From NCBI RefSeq assembly GCF_023055435.1, contig NW_025964223.1, positions 25,234,001-25,298,000 of the forward strand: a stretch of 64,000 nucleotides of DNA, read 5' to 3'. Numbering within the stretch: the first letter of the stretch is position 1; the number at the start of each line of letters is the position of its first letter. This document shows, piece after piece, positions 24,001 through 35,853 of this stretch. A model generated the notes under the pieces. The model saw only the letters and a list, made by a program, of their open reading frames with translations. It was not told the origin of the DNA and did no database searches. The position numbers and the translations under genes were made by a program. This DNA comes from Haliotis rufescens (taxonomy: Eukaryota).

Positions 24001-27000
24001 GTTTCATCACAACGGGGTAAGATATATATTGTGTCCTGTTACCATGGTTACTAATCTCTACTGGCACAATTAGGTGGCAACATCCCTGTCATCTGTCTCC
24101 TAATAATGCATATTACAATACATTCTTACTTCATTTTTTTATATGTGGAAACAACGCCATGCACAGTCAAAGCTCACTTATCCAGACACTAGCATTTTCT
24201 CAAATAGTGTCCAGATAAACAAGTTTCTGGATATCTGAATCCCTGGTAAACTGACCAGAGCTACATCCCATACCCAGATTCTACAGAGGATTAAAAAACT
24301 ATAATCCATAAAATCTTTATTTAATACACTGTTCATCCAAAATCAATAAATGAAGAAGGATAAATTGAATATACATGTAGTATGTTCATTCGTGTGCACA
24401 TCCAAGAGTCTTACATTATTGTCTGCATTACTGCGCAATTGCTGCAAAGCCAAATTTCCACAAAAATGCATCTTTCATGTTTTGATGTTTAAAATCTAAT
24501 GAACAAGAAAATTCTGACCAATCTTCAGATAAGTTCAATCGTTTTACTTATAAACATGATAAAATGTCACCTATCATTGATTTTCAGATGTTGAATATTT
24601 ACTCAAATATGCTTCAGGATTAGTATTCTTAAACTGACAGGATTCCTTCTTTTCACAAGCTCTAACTGCATGTTGTTTCTGCTTCACTGGTTGGCTCGTC
24701 CTGTTGACCTTGATCCTATGTACCAGTACTGTGTAGACACTCACATTGTTTTGTTAATTGATGTGATCATCTGAAACCTCACCTCAGTGTCAAATGACAA
24801 TGACTGCTCAACTAACTATCGAGACATGTAACTAATCAACACTGTGATCACATGATACCTGCACCCTTTGATGGTGGCTGTCGGGTGATGAATTGCAACA
24901 CAGACATCGTCAAGTGTGGCTGCTGTCCGTTAAGACGGACACAATGGTCTGTACTTCCACTGTTGGTAAAGGTAATTCAATGTCCAGATCCAGAAACTGG
25001 ATTTCCAGATAAAAGCAGCATTTTATGTTGAAAATATTTCGTATTATGTAAATATTGTCTGGTAGGCGAGGTTTCTTGGTATCTGTGGTCCAGATAAGCA
25101 GGGTTTCACTGTAGTCAGCTGAGTAATGGGAATCACATCGTCTTTTGCAAGCAATACACAACATGATTTCTCTTACATTATCACTACTTTAACAATTAAT
25201 GAATTGTTTCCATGTAATGATAAATGAAGGAGTGAGGGAATATTGCTTTATTCCTGCAGTTATTCATAGTGATGATCAGATCACTGTCAGTCCAACAAGT
25301 AAATAAGGAGTAACTTATGCCATTATTAACAATATTCAAACATTGCTAGGAGTTTTTTTTAAACGCCACCTCACTCCCAGCAATATTCCAGCTATAAGAT
25401 GTCAGTCTGTAAATTAGCAAGTCTGGACAAGGCAATCCAGTGATACGATGACAGGCTATCAACCAAAGGACCTACCCTGACCACTTGATCAATTTAGTCC
25501 TCTTTTGACCATCAAAGGTAGCTGTGCAATTCTAAAATTCCAGAATCTGGAAATTCCAGGACATCAGTGTGTGGAACACCACCAGTTTGAAAATCATGTG
25601 CTGTGTTCACTAGCAGTATCCTACCTGTAGATGGTGTAGATAGCCAGCACAGCATTCCGTCGGACATACGAGTGCCTATGCTCCAGACACTGTCTGATGG
25701 CCGGCATGAGAGGCTCCACCAGCTCAGGCTCCTTCAACTTGCACAGGAATCGGAGTGTGGAGCCACGAATGAACTCATTTGGATGTTGCAGGTCCTGTAC
25801 AGCCAAAAGAAACACTAAAGATTCTGCCGTGCAGACAAAAACAATAATCAGTATAATTTTGGCAGGAGCTGGCAAGCTGGTGATCATGAGACTCTTAAGG
25901 ATAACAAGGGACTTAACTTATACTTTTCTTATACACAAATATTCTGATATTTCAAGACACTGAAAGGCATTAAAAACTTCGAAATTGAAACATGTCATGG
26001 GTTTCTTAAATTATAAACAATAAGTCAAGAAATAAGAAACTGTCGGAAGTATGACTGTCACAAGTCTATGTTAGAGTATCAAGAGTTACAATGGTTGCAG
26101 TGTTGGTGAGCGGCAGCTTGGGACACAACTTGAAATCGTAGACCACTGGGCTACCTGAGGGCAAAGGCAGGTTTAACAGTCCTCAAGAACATTAGTGACT
26201 GAGTTAATCATGTCAATGATGCATTCTACCATGAATTTGGAAATTTGTCAAGTCTGATTGGTCAGTCAGAGGGGGTTAAATCACAATAACCCCGTGACTG
26301 AAACAGCCGATTTGACGGACGCATCACAGCGTAAGCCAATATTCATAGATTAGTACTTTTTTAAAGTCATTGGTTCCAAATTCAATTTAGCGAGGTTAAA
26401 TTTACAGGTAACCTAGGTCTAGATTGAAAGCACAGTATGTTTATCTCCTAAGTACCTACACTGTGTACATAGGCCTGCAGCAAACAGTACCGATTTATCA
26501 GCCACAATACCAATACTGCAGCAACCTCATCCCCATCTTACCATACAACATCATCAGAACCCACATCAGGGATCCAATCAGGAATGACCCAGTGAGTCAA
26601 TGCTGCATTAGTATAGCTGATATCCAAAAGGTTTACTCAGCTTCTCATCATGCTCATGGACATTCCTTATTTTTTCAAATTGTGTCTTTGTTACAATAAT
26701 GCAAACAGATTTCAGAAAAATGAACTGTATCTATGACTGAAACTGTGCGCACCTTTCTGTAGGCATCACAGACAAGGATCATCTCCTGCATGAGCTTGCC
26801 GTCGGGCGTGTACTTGGGCACCACCTCCCAGAAGATGAGCAGCATCTTCTTCACCATGTGGTCCTGCATCGGCATCACGAAGCGGATGATGGTCATCAGG
26901 AGAGATGGCATCTTCTCCCCATTCAGGATCTGCTGAATTGTCTTCTTCAAGGCTTCAACTTTCGTCTTTGTATCGCCCTTTTCTGAAAAAAGATGAATAT

Positions 27001-27375
27001 ATGCAAATACTGATTTCTTGCATTATCAGCCCTACAAGTGAGATTTAAGTCTTATCTAAGTGTGTCTACTTTGTGTTGGACATGATGGAAGAAAGACAAT
27101 ACTAATTCTCATCAAACAAGACAAGCACCCATATGATGCTGACAGACCAAAGACCATACTCTTACATGTCTAAGATTCAAAAACATAACTAATTTTTTTA
27201 CATGCAAATCAGCAGTTGTGTGGACATTATAAAAAGTTTACAAAACTTTCATTAACAATAAATATTTCAAAGCGTCTTGAGTAACAGTACCTAGGTCCTG
27301 CTTGAGCTGCAGTTCTGTTGGAGGCTCAGAATCCGAGGGGATGTTGATGAGCGTGTAGCAGCCCTGGTCAGACAT
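3094..27375 (-). CDS. COPB1: Coatomer subunit beta (beta-COP); 21 coding exons in window, C-terminal ~70 aa beyond the left edge
   Basis: Exons with GT-AG boundaries and consistent phases: 27375-27291, 26982-26753, 25794-25625, 14691-14577, 13422-13330, 12935-12798, 12406-12287, 12118-12011, 11050-10907, 9996-9851, 9350-9254, 9099-9045, 8529-8427, 7759-7639, 6529-6458, 6106-5951, 5555-5466, 5309-5223, 4729-4585, 3768-3649, 3329-3094 (2631 nt, 877 codons). Diagnostic peptides: [73 protein letters not shown]. Confidence 0.97.
3791..4245. mobile_element. pogo/Tigger-like MITE
   Basis: TIRs CAGTCAAGTCTCGTTAATCCGACA / TGTCAGATTAGCGGGACTTGACTG, TA on both sides, internal repeats of GTTAATCCGACA. 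Confidence 0.85.
6755..6930. mobile_element. Inverted pair of Penelope-like terminal fragments (78-bp arms) with a minimal hammerhead motif on the minus strand at 6808-6842
   Basis: Arms 6755-6832 and 6853-6930 are near-perfect reverse complements. The minus strand reads TTGATAA-C-AGTGT-TAGAACCT-ACACC-GAAA-C-GTC. Confidence 0.7.
10691..10916 (-). repeat. 33/36-bp minisatellite duplicating the COPB1 exon end and splice donor
   Basis: ACTCAC-type motifs at 10901, 10865, 10832, 10796, 10763, 10727 and 10691; spacings 36, 33, 36, 33, 36, 36. Confidence 0.92.
13463..13850. repeat. 26/28-bp minisatellite, interrupted by a SINE and resuming at 14202-14240
   Basis: Unit (AC)AGTCAGAGATCACCTAGATCACAATA, about 14 copies. 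Confidence 0.93.
13851..14201 (-). mobile_element. tRNA-headed SINE family A (Meta/MESC-like central domain)
   Basis: A/B boxes (TGGTCTAATAG, GGTTCGATCC), ATACCAAAAGACGTTAAAAGATGGTAC domain, (CACCT)n tail, TSD AATCACAGTCAG. Confidence 0.85.
16584..16648 (+). promoter_or_regulatory. Cluster of two STAT GAS sites, an NF-kB/Rel-like site, an IRF-E/ISRE and a CRE half-site; candidate promoter of the nested gene
   Basis: TTCCAGGAA at 16584-16592 and 16602-16610; GGGTTTTCC at 16597-16605; ACTTTCACTTTTCAGTTT at 16617-16634 (reverse complement AAACTGAAAAGTGAAAGT); TGACG at 16644-16648. Confidence 0.6.
17580..17931 (-). mobile_element. SINE family A, full-length copy
   Basis: 13-bp TSD CAATGTTGAGATA at 17567-17579 and 17932-17944. 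Further copies at ~7790-8017 (-), 36401-36752 (-) and ~47220-47500 (+). Confidence 0.88.
18609..21716 (+). CDS. Phytanoyl-CoA hydroxylase-interacting protein-like (PHYHIP/PHYHIPL family), ~466 aa, nested antisense in a COPB1 intron
   Basis: Exons 18609-18927, 19318-19400, 20450-20756 and 21025-21716 join with phases 1, 0, 1 into 1401 nt without stops. The last exon matches the PHYHIP C-terminal domain ([64 protein letters not shown]). AATAAA at 22251. Confidence 0.88.
22764..23270. repeat. Degenerate ~200-bp tandem array built around the palindrome AATGTGGGCCCACATT
   Basis: At least nine variants of TGTGGGCCCACA or TGTGGGCAGACG, plus an outlier at ~23835. Confidence 0.7.
24164..25111. mobile_element. 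Degenerate pogo-like MITE
   Basis: Imperfect TIRs CAGTCAAAGCTCACTTATCCAGAC / GTCCAGATAAGCAGGGTTTCACTG followed by TA. Confidence 0.6.
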
Positions 27376-30300
27376 CTTGCCTGATGGTTCCTGGAATGAT
27401 ATTAATGGGATATTATACATCATAAACCAGCTTTACAAAGCAGCCAACAATAAGAAGGGATTATTAACAAAAGAAGAAATGTTTATTATCTTAATTTACA
27501 TACTTCACCAAGTTCAAGCATAAGACCTTGTGGAATAGTTCTTTACCAAAGTTATAACTAACAAAAGGAGAGAGACTCACATGAAGCTTAAACGTGAAAA
27601 TTAATTAACAAAATAGGAGAACCATAGGGAAGTGTATAAACTCAAATATGGATCTGATTATATCTTTTAAGATGATCACGCATGTCAATTCATATCTTTC
27701 ATTAAACTAAGAATATCACACATTTATGAACAGGAATGAATCGATAGGATTACTGCTCTGAAGCTGGGTTTGATATAAGACAATATGGTAGCATGGTATA
27801 CCATTCATGCCAACCGTCAATGCTACATGCACCAAAGAAACGGTGGCTGCATCAGCAATAACCATGATCATGATGATACATGCAGCAACAGCAAATTAAA
27901 CAAGGCAGCTTTTGATCATAGTTCTTATTGTGATAACTGTTAGACAACCATCATCCTAGCTTCTTAAACTCAAAGAGTTGATACATGCCAAGTTTCAGTG
28001 AGTGACCGATTGGGTGAGTTGGGTTTAACACCGTTTTGAACAGTATTCCAGTTATATCAAGGTGTTTCAGCTTAATGTGGGAGAAAGCTGGAAGTGAAAC
28101 AGGTCTCAAACAATTACCACTTTGGTGAAAACCACAAACACAGGTGTGGTGCTAACAAACCTAGAAATGCGGCGAACTGGGATTCGAACCCATTGCCATA
28201 GGTTTCTGGCATTCTTAAGGGACACAACTCTGCACAGTGAATTGTGTCACCGTAGACGACTGGGCCACCCGTGGCCCCGTCAAGTTTAAGAGAAACCTGC
28301 ATTCCCAGCGCCATCAACTGTAGTTATTCAGGGCTCGAGATAATTCTTAGCCATTAGGCTTTACTCACGTTATCATTCCTTTTGGGTAGGTTTCTTTAGG
28401 TACTCAATGTACTTTTAATCCTTATATTATTAATCCAGTGTATTGGCTATTTTTTAAGCAAAAAACTTTCTAAACATGCTGAACTTATTCAGATTCAAAC
28501 GCCATTTCAGAATCAAACCACCTTAAATTTCCATCTGTTCATCATGTTCGTGTGCTGACCAAATGGAGTCTCATGTCACATCAGATAACAGCAATACACA
28601 AGTTACAAAGTGCTGTTTGTGCATTATTCACTGCAGTAGAGTTCATGTAATCAAGAATTGTGGTGCCTGCATCGGTTCAGTATATAATGTTATGTAAGGA
28701 CATACAGATACACAACCTGAAAGGCTACAATGGTTATACCATGATATACTAATGGGCTTTAAAATATTGTCATGTTTATATACATGCAAGCAAATAAAAA
28801 TGAATTGGGTCATGGTGGTTGATCTAGAGTCTTGTATTTGAGAAGTGTGTGCCAGCATACAGGGTGTAATAAAATAGCAATAACTGTCAAGTATCTACAA
28901 GGTCTCGGCAAGAGCAAATGTGCAGTAAGTCCTAGCAAGATATGGTCATTCAAACAACACATCACATGTTCTGCAAACTTCTGGGGATTTAATAGACTAA
29001 CATTTAGTCCTAGAAAAATAGTTATTCCATTCAAAAATATATATCCACAAAATACACAGTAAAGTTTTAATGGAGCCCAGACAAATGCTTAATTTCACCG
29101 GAGGCAAATGAAACTTGCCAAATCATTCAAGACTTGAGTTGAATTCTTTTTTGAATATATTCTCTATGGTCTGGGAGACAGACTTGTGTAAGGGATTCTA
29201 GGTAAGAATAGGTCCCTAGCAACATATGCTTGTTGCTAGAGGCGTCTAAATGATCAGGTGGTCAGGCTCAGTGACGTGTCTAATTGCGTGTCAATCTGTA
29301 CCCTGATGGCATAGGACATTTCTCATAATATCAATCACTGGTTTATTGGGTCAATTATGTACCATGTCCATAAGACCCAGTCAGCAATGGTCGGATATAA
29401 CTGAATTATTGCTGAGTGTAGCGTTACACACACAAAAACAAAATCTGTGGTTTGCATTGTAAGGGCAACATGCTCAGTCTGTGCCAAACACTTTTGAGGC
29501 CACTAGCCTGATGTTGGCTCTCAGCATCATCAAGCAACAAAACATGAGAGGATCATGATGATGTCTCAACCATAACCTGTCAACATGTTTAGTTACAGAT
29601 GGACACTGGAAGTGAAAGGTTTTCTCAAGGTGAATATGCGAGTGCATTGGGTTTCAGGTATTCAGAAACAAAATGTGCACAAAATAAATATCAGGTATGA
29701 AACAAGCATATATTATTATGATGGTATAATATAAAAGTACCCACAGAGTCTCAACAGTTAATGTACCAGTACCTAGCAATAACTTGTTGTGTAACTATTA
29801 TGTCAGTTCCATTACTGGTTCCGTTCATGACATCAGTAAAAGACTTGTTTATAGTTTTGAGACTCTGTGGGTACCTTTTAGTATACTCAAAAGTATCTGT
29901 TTACATAGTTGTTAGGGCTGGAACGATATACCAACTGTGTGATTTTATACGTATCACGATACTTGCATGTGCTCATATCTGTGGTGCGAAAGCCATCTTT
30001 TTCAAAGAATGGATGGCCAAATACCAAGCACAGAAGATTTACAGTTTGCAGTGCAATGGATGAGAATATAACGTTTTCACTACTTATTTTCACTACTCAT
30101 TAGTGCATAACGTAACATTATTAAAGTAAACATTTAAGGTAAGAATCAATACTTTATACCTAGTGCGTGACTGTCATCAAAACTTGTTTTGAAAAGTAAT
30201 AAAATTAGGACCCGACGATGCATTGTCTGACTTCTAATTTCGGTTTGCCGAAAACAACCTCATCAGCCTCGCGACTAATCATGCTAATAATCAACTGATT

Positions 30301-30471
30301 GAACGGTTTATTTTCAAGTAAGTGCATCGTCCCTTATTATTGCAGTAGCCATCTTAGCCAGAAGAAGCAGACACATGTGGCCAAGAACATGTGTCTGGTT
30401 AGCATGGGCACCCAGCATATTTGTCACGTCCAGTCCAGGCTACTGTTATCTTGAGCATCTGTCTAATGGTT

Positions 30472-30635
30472 GAGTGAGTGAGTTTGGTTTTATGCCGCTT
30501 TTAGCAATATTCCAGCAATATCACGGTGGGGGACACCAGAAATGGGCTTCACACATTGTACCCATGTCGGGATTTGAACACGGGTCTTCGGCATGACGAG
30601 CGTACGCTTTAACCACTAGGCTACCCGACCGCCCC
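30472..30635 (-). mobile_element. Short (~165 bp) tRNA-headed SINE family B
   Basis: A box TAGCCTAGTGG, B-box-like GTTCAAATCC, (ACTC)n tail, flanking repeat CATCTGTCTAAT. Confidence 0.85.
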
Positions 30636-32442
30636 ATCTGTCTAATACCTAGTGACTATCATAATACAAGCACATAGGTCACACAGAACACTTGAAAGTT
30701 ATACTTGGTTACCTGTACAACTTAATAATATATTTGGATTTTCAACACTGTATGTGTTTTCGATATTGTATGATCAGTGTACTTATTGTCGGTTCTGCTG
30801 ATGGCTAAATAGATACTAGGGGTGAAGCGAAACTGCGCACCACGAGTTTTCATGATACACTGTTATACGCTTTTTTTCTGTATCAATACAAGATGATACA
30901 CTTGCTAACATACATTACTTACCATGATTTACAACTCGTTTAATGACCCTAGCGTGTCTGTCAGTCAAATACTGCAAAATGTGTTGAAATTAGCGTTTCA
31001 AGTTCACCACTGGAAATAGCGGCTAGAACCCCCTTAAATATTTTAAATAAGGACACTGAATCCATCTCTATGTCAAAAGTGAACATCAGAGGGAAGTTAA
31101 GTGGTGCCTGCCATCTTGTCAGACAAAAACCAAAATAGCAGGACTATATACAGTTTACCAAACGTTTAACATGATTAAGATCTGGGTTAGAACCATGAGG
31201 ACTTCCTCATTTGTCATGTTTGTATTGCTGATTATGAATCAGAACAAAAAGCATCAAAACAAAGATTAAATTCCACATTATCTTAAGATTTATGTATGCA
31301 TGGTTTATCCATGCAATACGTATGATATATTTATTTATTCTGCATTTCAGAAAAAAACTTATTATTGGCATAAAAAAGAATAAACAAGTTAAATTTTCGT
31401 TTTCTTATGACAGTATAAATGTAACAAATGATCAACATTTTCTTAAGTTATGGTTTCACATGTACCATCCATTGTATAGGCATTAACAGATTTGTTGGCA
31501 TGAGATCAACCTGTGCATTGGACATAATTCACATGCTGAAAGGTAATTCTTCAAGAACACACAACCACCATCACCAATTCCATCATTCATATCATTCCAT
31601 ACGTATATAGCACCATGAGTAGTTTCTTTCCTGAATAATATATACAGCTTGTATACAATAAATACAGCCAGGATGATTACAGACAGACTTTTCATGCTGT
31701 CATCACATAATATAAAACAATTATGTGTTGCTTTGCATTTTCATACCAGGGATGAATTTTCTCAGAGAGAAACAACTACATTTTTCAGGTCATTGTAAAA
31801 ATAATTCTTCTATATAATAAACATTGCAAATAATTGTTAATGTTGTTAAAAGAATATACATGAAAATATTTTTGTTCGAAATATATTAGAAGCACAAAAA
31901 TTATGACTGCTCAAATATTAGCAAAGTTAACAAAAGTACACGGCATGTTTGGTACTAAGCTTAATAAATGATTGTAACTTCTACTTCATAATACACCATG
32001 ATAAATTTATATTTAGAGAATCACTGGTTAATATCACCATGGTACAGAAATGAAGCAAAGTCGATGTAAAGCTGGCAACAGGGTAAAATGTCAAAGCAAG
32101 TCTATATCACTCTATGACTGCATGGTGCTGCATATGTATGTGAGAGATGCTCCTTCTACTTCTATACCGAAGGAATAAGACCAAGGACCAAGGTGCTAGT
32201 ATCACACTCATGAGCAATGGTGAGTCTAACAGCTAAATGGCTTTCTCGATCTTACCCCCGATGTCGACATTTTGTTGTCGTAAATAGTATCTTGCTACTG
32301 GACATAAAAATAAAGACACACATTATAAGATAACTTAACAACTAATTATGATCATTACTGCTGTACCATGAGAACATGAACATACATGTATCAAAACATA
32401 CCCAAATCATTATCTTGATAATGCTGTATCATATTTGGACAG

Positions 32443-32709
32443 TGAGTGAGTGAGTTGGGTTTAACACCGCTTTTAACAGTATTCCAGTTATATCACGGCG
32501 TGTCAGCTTAATGTGGGAGGAAAGCTCGAAGTGATGCAGGTCTCAGACGTTTACCACTCCGGTGAAACCCACGAGCACGGGTATGGTGCTGACAAACCTA
32601 GAAACATAATCGGGGCGAACCCACAATCAGAGGTTTCTTGCGTGCCCAAGGGACGCAACTCTGCACAGCGAATCGCGGCGCCTTAGACGACTGGGCCACC
32701 CGTGCCCCC
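32443..32709 (-). mobile_element. SINE family C (tRNA-Leu-like head)
   Basis: TSD CATATTTGGACAG; head GGGGCACGGGTGGCCCAGTCGTCTAAGGCGCC; (ACTC)n tail. Confidence 0.85.
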
Positions 32710-33716
32710 CATATTTGGACAGCTTTCATTTGAACTTTTATGGCATATAACCATTACTGTCAACTATTTGATGACAGTTGAGTGACATTCAGGCTAAATG
32801 ACATTAGCAGACTGGAGATAAGCAGTGTATCAGCCTCAGCTGTTTTTTGGGGGTCATGGGTAGTCTGAAAAAATTTCAATTATTTGTCATACACCACATT
32901 AATATATTGTACATTCAAATCCAAATAAAAATTAGGAAACAATAACTTCATATTGACAAAATGGTAGTTTGTAAAACAGTTTATTGGACGTTGTATTGGA
33001 TACATATATTCTCTACAACTAAAATACTTGGTTTAATGTGTGCCTACCTTGCTCTTTTGATTAGGGAAGCACAGATAGTGCACTTTTGCAATTTTTGAGA
33101 AAACTGATTGGTGTGTATTGCTCAAGTATGTTAATAGCCAATCATTTAGTGAATTAATTCCTTAGCCTTGCCCTGTTCTAGCTGGCAAATTCCATTCTCC
33201 GGTAAGACTTCTGCCTGTATCCCCCCTCAAAAATATATATATATCTGAAACGACTAAGCGTCAATGCATACATATACAATTTTTGTAGAGGGGATACAGG
33301 CAGAAGTCTTTCCCAAATGTATTCATAAACATGAAATTCATACAGATGCTTCAAGAGATGGGCCTACTACTGAATACAAACAGCATAATATGCCTGTTAT
33401 TTCTTTCACAGTACATTCCCATCACAAACTTACTCTAAATTCTTCATCAATCAATCAATCAATAAAACAAAGTACCATTACAACAAAAGTAAGTCTTAAA
33501 TCAGATTTCACGAACAGATTAGAAACGGAAATAATGAAAGTTTATCATTGCAGGACGAAAATAGTGTAGTTTTATAGACCTAACTTTGATTTACAGAATG
33601 ACACTCGGCTGCCCACATTGTTTTTAACGCATCATTTAGCAATTCAATACACAATTACTACCATCTGTATCTAAGATAGTAAACCAATGAGCTAGGAAAT
33701 ACTGAAAAATACTCAC

Positions 33717-33895
33717 GAGTTGACAATATGAAGACTGTAATAAACACACTACGTCGAAGTGTCACTTTCTCAGCACGCAAATTACAAGGACGTGGCCGGC
33801 TCAAATTAACGCCACCTATATCCGGTTTTGCGTGGTTACTTCCCTTGAATGATCTGCACTTACATTCAGTCTCTTCATGAACCGTGACGTATATA
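33717..33895 (-). promoter_or_regulatory. Probable COPB1 non-coding first exon and promoter with CREB3/XBP1-type ACGT motifs
   Basis: The ATG exon starts at an acceptor (27391), so an upstream exon is required. Strong GTGAGT donor at 33716-33711 beside a CpG-richer patch, with GACGTGGC at 33789-33796 and TGACGTA at 33885-33891. Confidence 0.6.
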
Positions 33896-34111
33896 GAAAT
33901 ATTGTAGAAATATACAATATGGAACAGTCATTGGATGTAATGTGGATTAAATTTTCAGTAAAATGTGCCAACCCACAATCCTATTCCATTTAACAAAAAA
34001 AAACCAAAAAAAACCCGGATCGTATTTAGGCCTATATTAACTATGAATGCTTGGCTGCTTTAAACAGTGTCCCTTTCGTTGTGAATGATAATATGAGAGA
34101 TGCACGAATGT

Positions 34112-34384
34112 TTGTTGGTTGGTTGGTTTGTTGTTTAACGCCGCACTCAGCAATATTCCAGCTATATGACGGCGGTCTGTAAATAATCGAGTCTGGACCA
34201 GACAATCCAGTGATTAATATCATGAGCATCGATCCACGCAATTGGGATCGATGACAAGCATCAACCAAGTCAGCGAGCCTGACCACCCGATCCCGTTAGT
34301 CGCCTTTTACGACAAGCATTGTCGCCTTTTCCGGCAAGCATGGGTTGCTGAAGACCTATTCTACCCCGGAATCTTCACGGGTCC
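34112..34384 (-). mobile_element. SINE-like family D (no tRNA head; GTCGTAARAGGCGACTAA core)
   Basis: TSD GCACGAATGT; starts GACCCGTGAAG; ends GCGGCGTTAAAC followed by an AC-rich tail. Confidence 0.85.
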
Positions 34385-34944
34385 GCACGAATGTAATAAT
34401 GTCTACATATATATGGCATATCCTTCAAACTTAAATAAATATTATGATTAAATTTTGTATCGTAATGCTATATTCAGAGACCGTATCGGCATATGGTCTC
34501 TACTATATTGAATTAAGGCATTCATTAATAAAGGTATTGTGTATTCAAGTTAGCAGAATTAACCAGGGAAAGCCAATATCTACAGACCAAAACACAAAAT
34601 TCGGTGGGAAAGCGAAATTAAACACGCTCCACACACGTTCACTGCACTTTTACTGAAGGTTGTGCTTCCGCCTGTCTCACGACATTAGTTTGTAGTTTGT
34701 TTCTTGCTTAACGCCGCACTCAGCTGTATTCGAGTCTGGACCAGACAATCCAGTGATTTACATCATGATCATCGATCCATACAATAGGGATTTGATGACA
34801 TGCATCAACCAACTCAGCGAGCCTGGCCACCCGAACACGTTAGTCGCCCCCCCCCCCCCCCCCCCCCTTCCTTTTTTTAATTTCGAAAATAATCTTTATT
34901 TCTGTATAAATTATCACCAAAGACAATAAATAGATCTTAATTGT

Positions 34945-34945
<1 letters not shown>

Positions 34946-35007
<62 letters not shown>
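34946..35007. repeat. (CA)n microsatellite
   Basis: About 31 CA units. Confidence 0.95.
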
Positions 35008-35010
<3 letters not shown>

Positions 35011-35688
35011 CCCCCTTTTTAAAAAAAGCTGTATCCGCCCATGCGTCACACCAAAAGACGTTAAAAGATAGTACTTGTTGTTACCCTGTCTGGCGACTAA
35101 CGAGTCTATGCATAGTCCAATCAAAATCGCGCAACGAAATCGAAATCCGGTTCGTAAACTGTCGTGCAGATTTCGGTGGATTGCAGGATTTGTAAAGCAT
35201 GTGCACCGCCAATTCGTTGTCAACAGATATTTTTCAAACCTTTTCATGTTTTTAATCAAGGTGCTCGCGTGATTTGATGTACTTCGCGATGTAAGACCCG
35301 TTTTATTATTATAGATCTTTATTATCGGTCATAGCCGCCGTGATATTGCTGGAATATTGCTAAAAGCGGCGTAAAACCATATTCACTCACTCATATCGTC
35401 TTGACTGGGCGCCGTCATTTTGGTTGAAACAAATGCAAGTGATGGAATCGGAATGGTCCATAGGAGTGGCTGAGAAAGGGCATAACTCATAATAACCTTG
35501 GTGGCACTACGATCAAGCCCAGGGATTCCAGCCTAGTTCGGGACAGGTGGAAACTGGACTTTTATAGTCAGTTTACTCACTTGCCTCGGGAAGATGACAC
35601 TTCATGGAATGACAATACTATAATTCTATCAAGGATGTACATCAAGTTTACTTCCTTCGGCATCACCATCAGCCTTCTTAAAGTCGGT

Positions 35689-35853
35689 GGGCGATCGGGT
35701 AGCCTAGTGGTTAAAGCGTTCGCTCGGCACGCCGAAGACCCGGGTTCGATTTCCGACATGGGTACAATGTGCGAAGCCCATTTCTGGTGTCCCCCGCCGT
35801 GATATTGCTGGAATATTGCTAAAAGCGGCGTAAAACCATACTCACTCACTCAC
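35689..35853 (+). mobile_element. SINE family B copy
   Basis: GGTAGCCTAGTGGTTAAAGCG...GGGTTCGATT...(ACTC)n with TCTTAAAGT flanks. Other copies at ~5650, 7478-7610, 49239-49402, 51172-51908 and 53828-53990. Confidence 0.87.

Noticed and set aside
34840-35259. CV/HT-repeat ORFs here, and the ER-repeat ORF at 41161
   Set aside because: Translations of microsatellites.
35689-35765. tRNA genes
   Set aside because: All tRNA-like segments continue into SINE bodies with tails and TSDs; no clean cloverleaf with a terminator.
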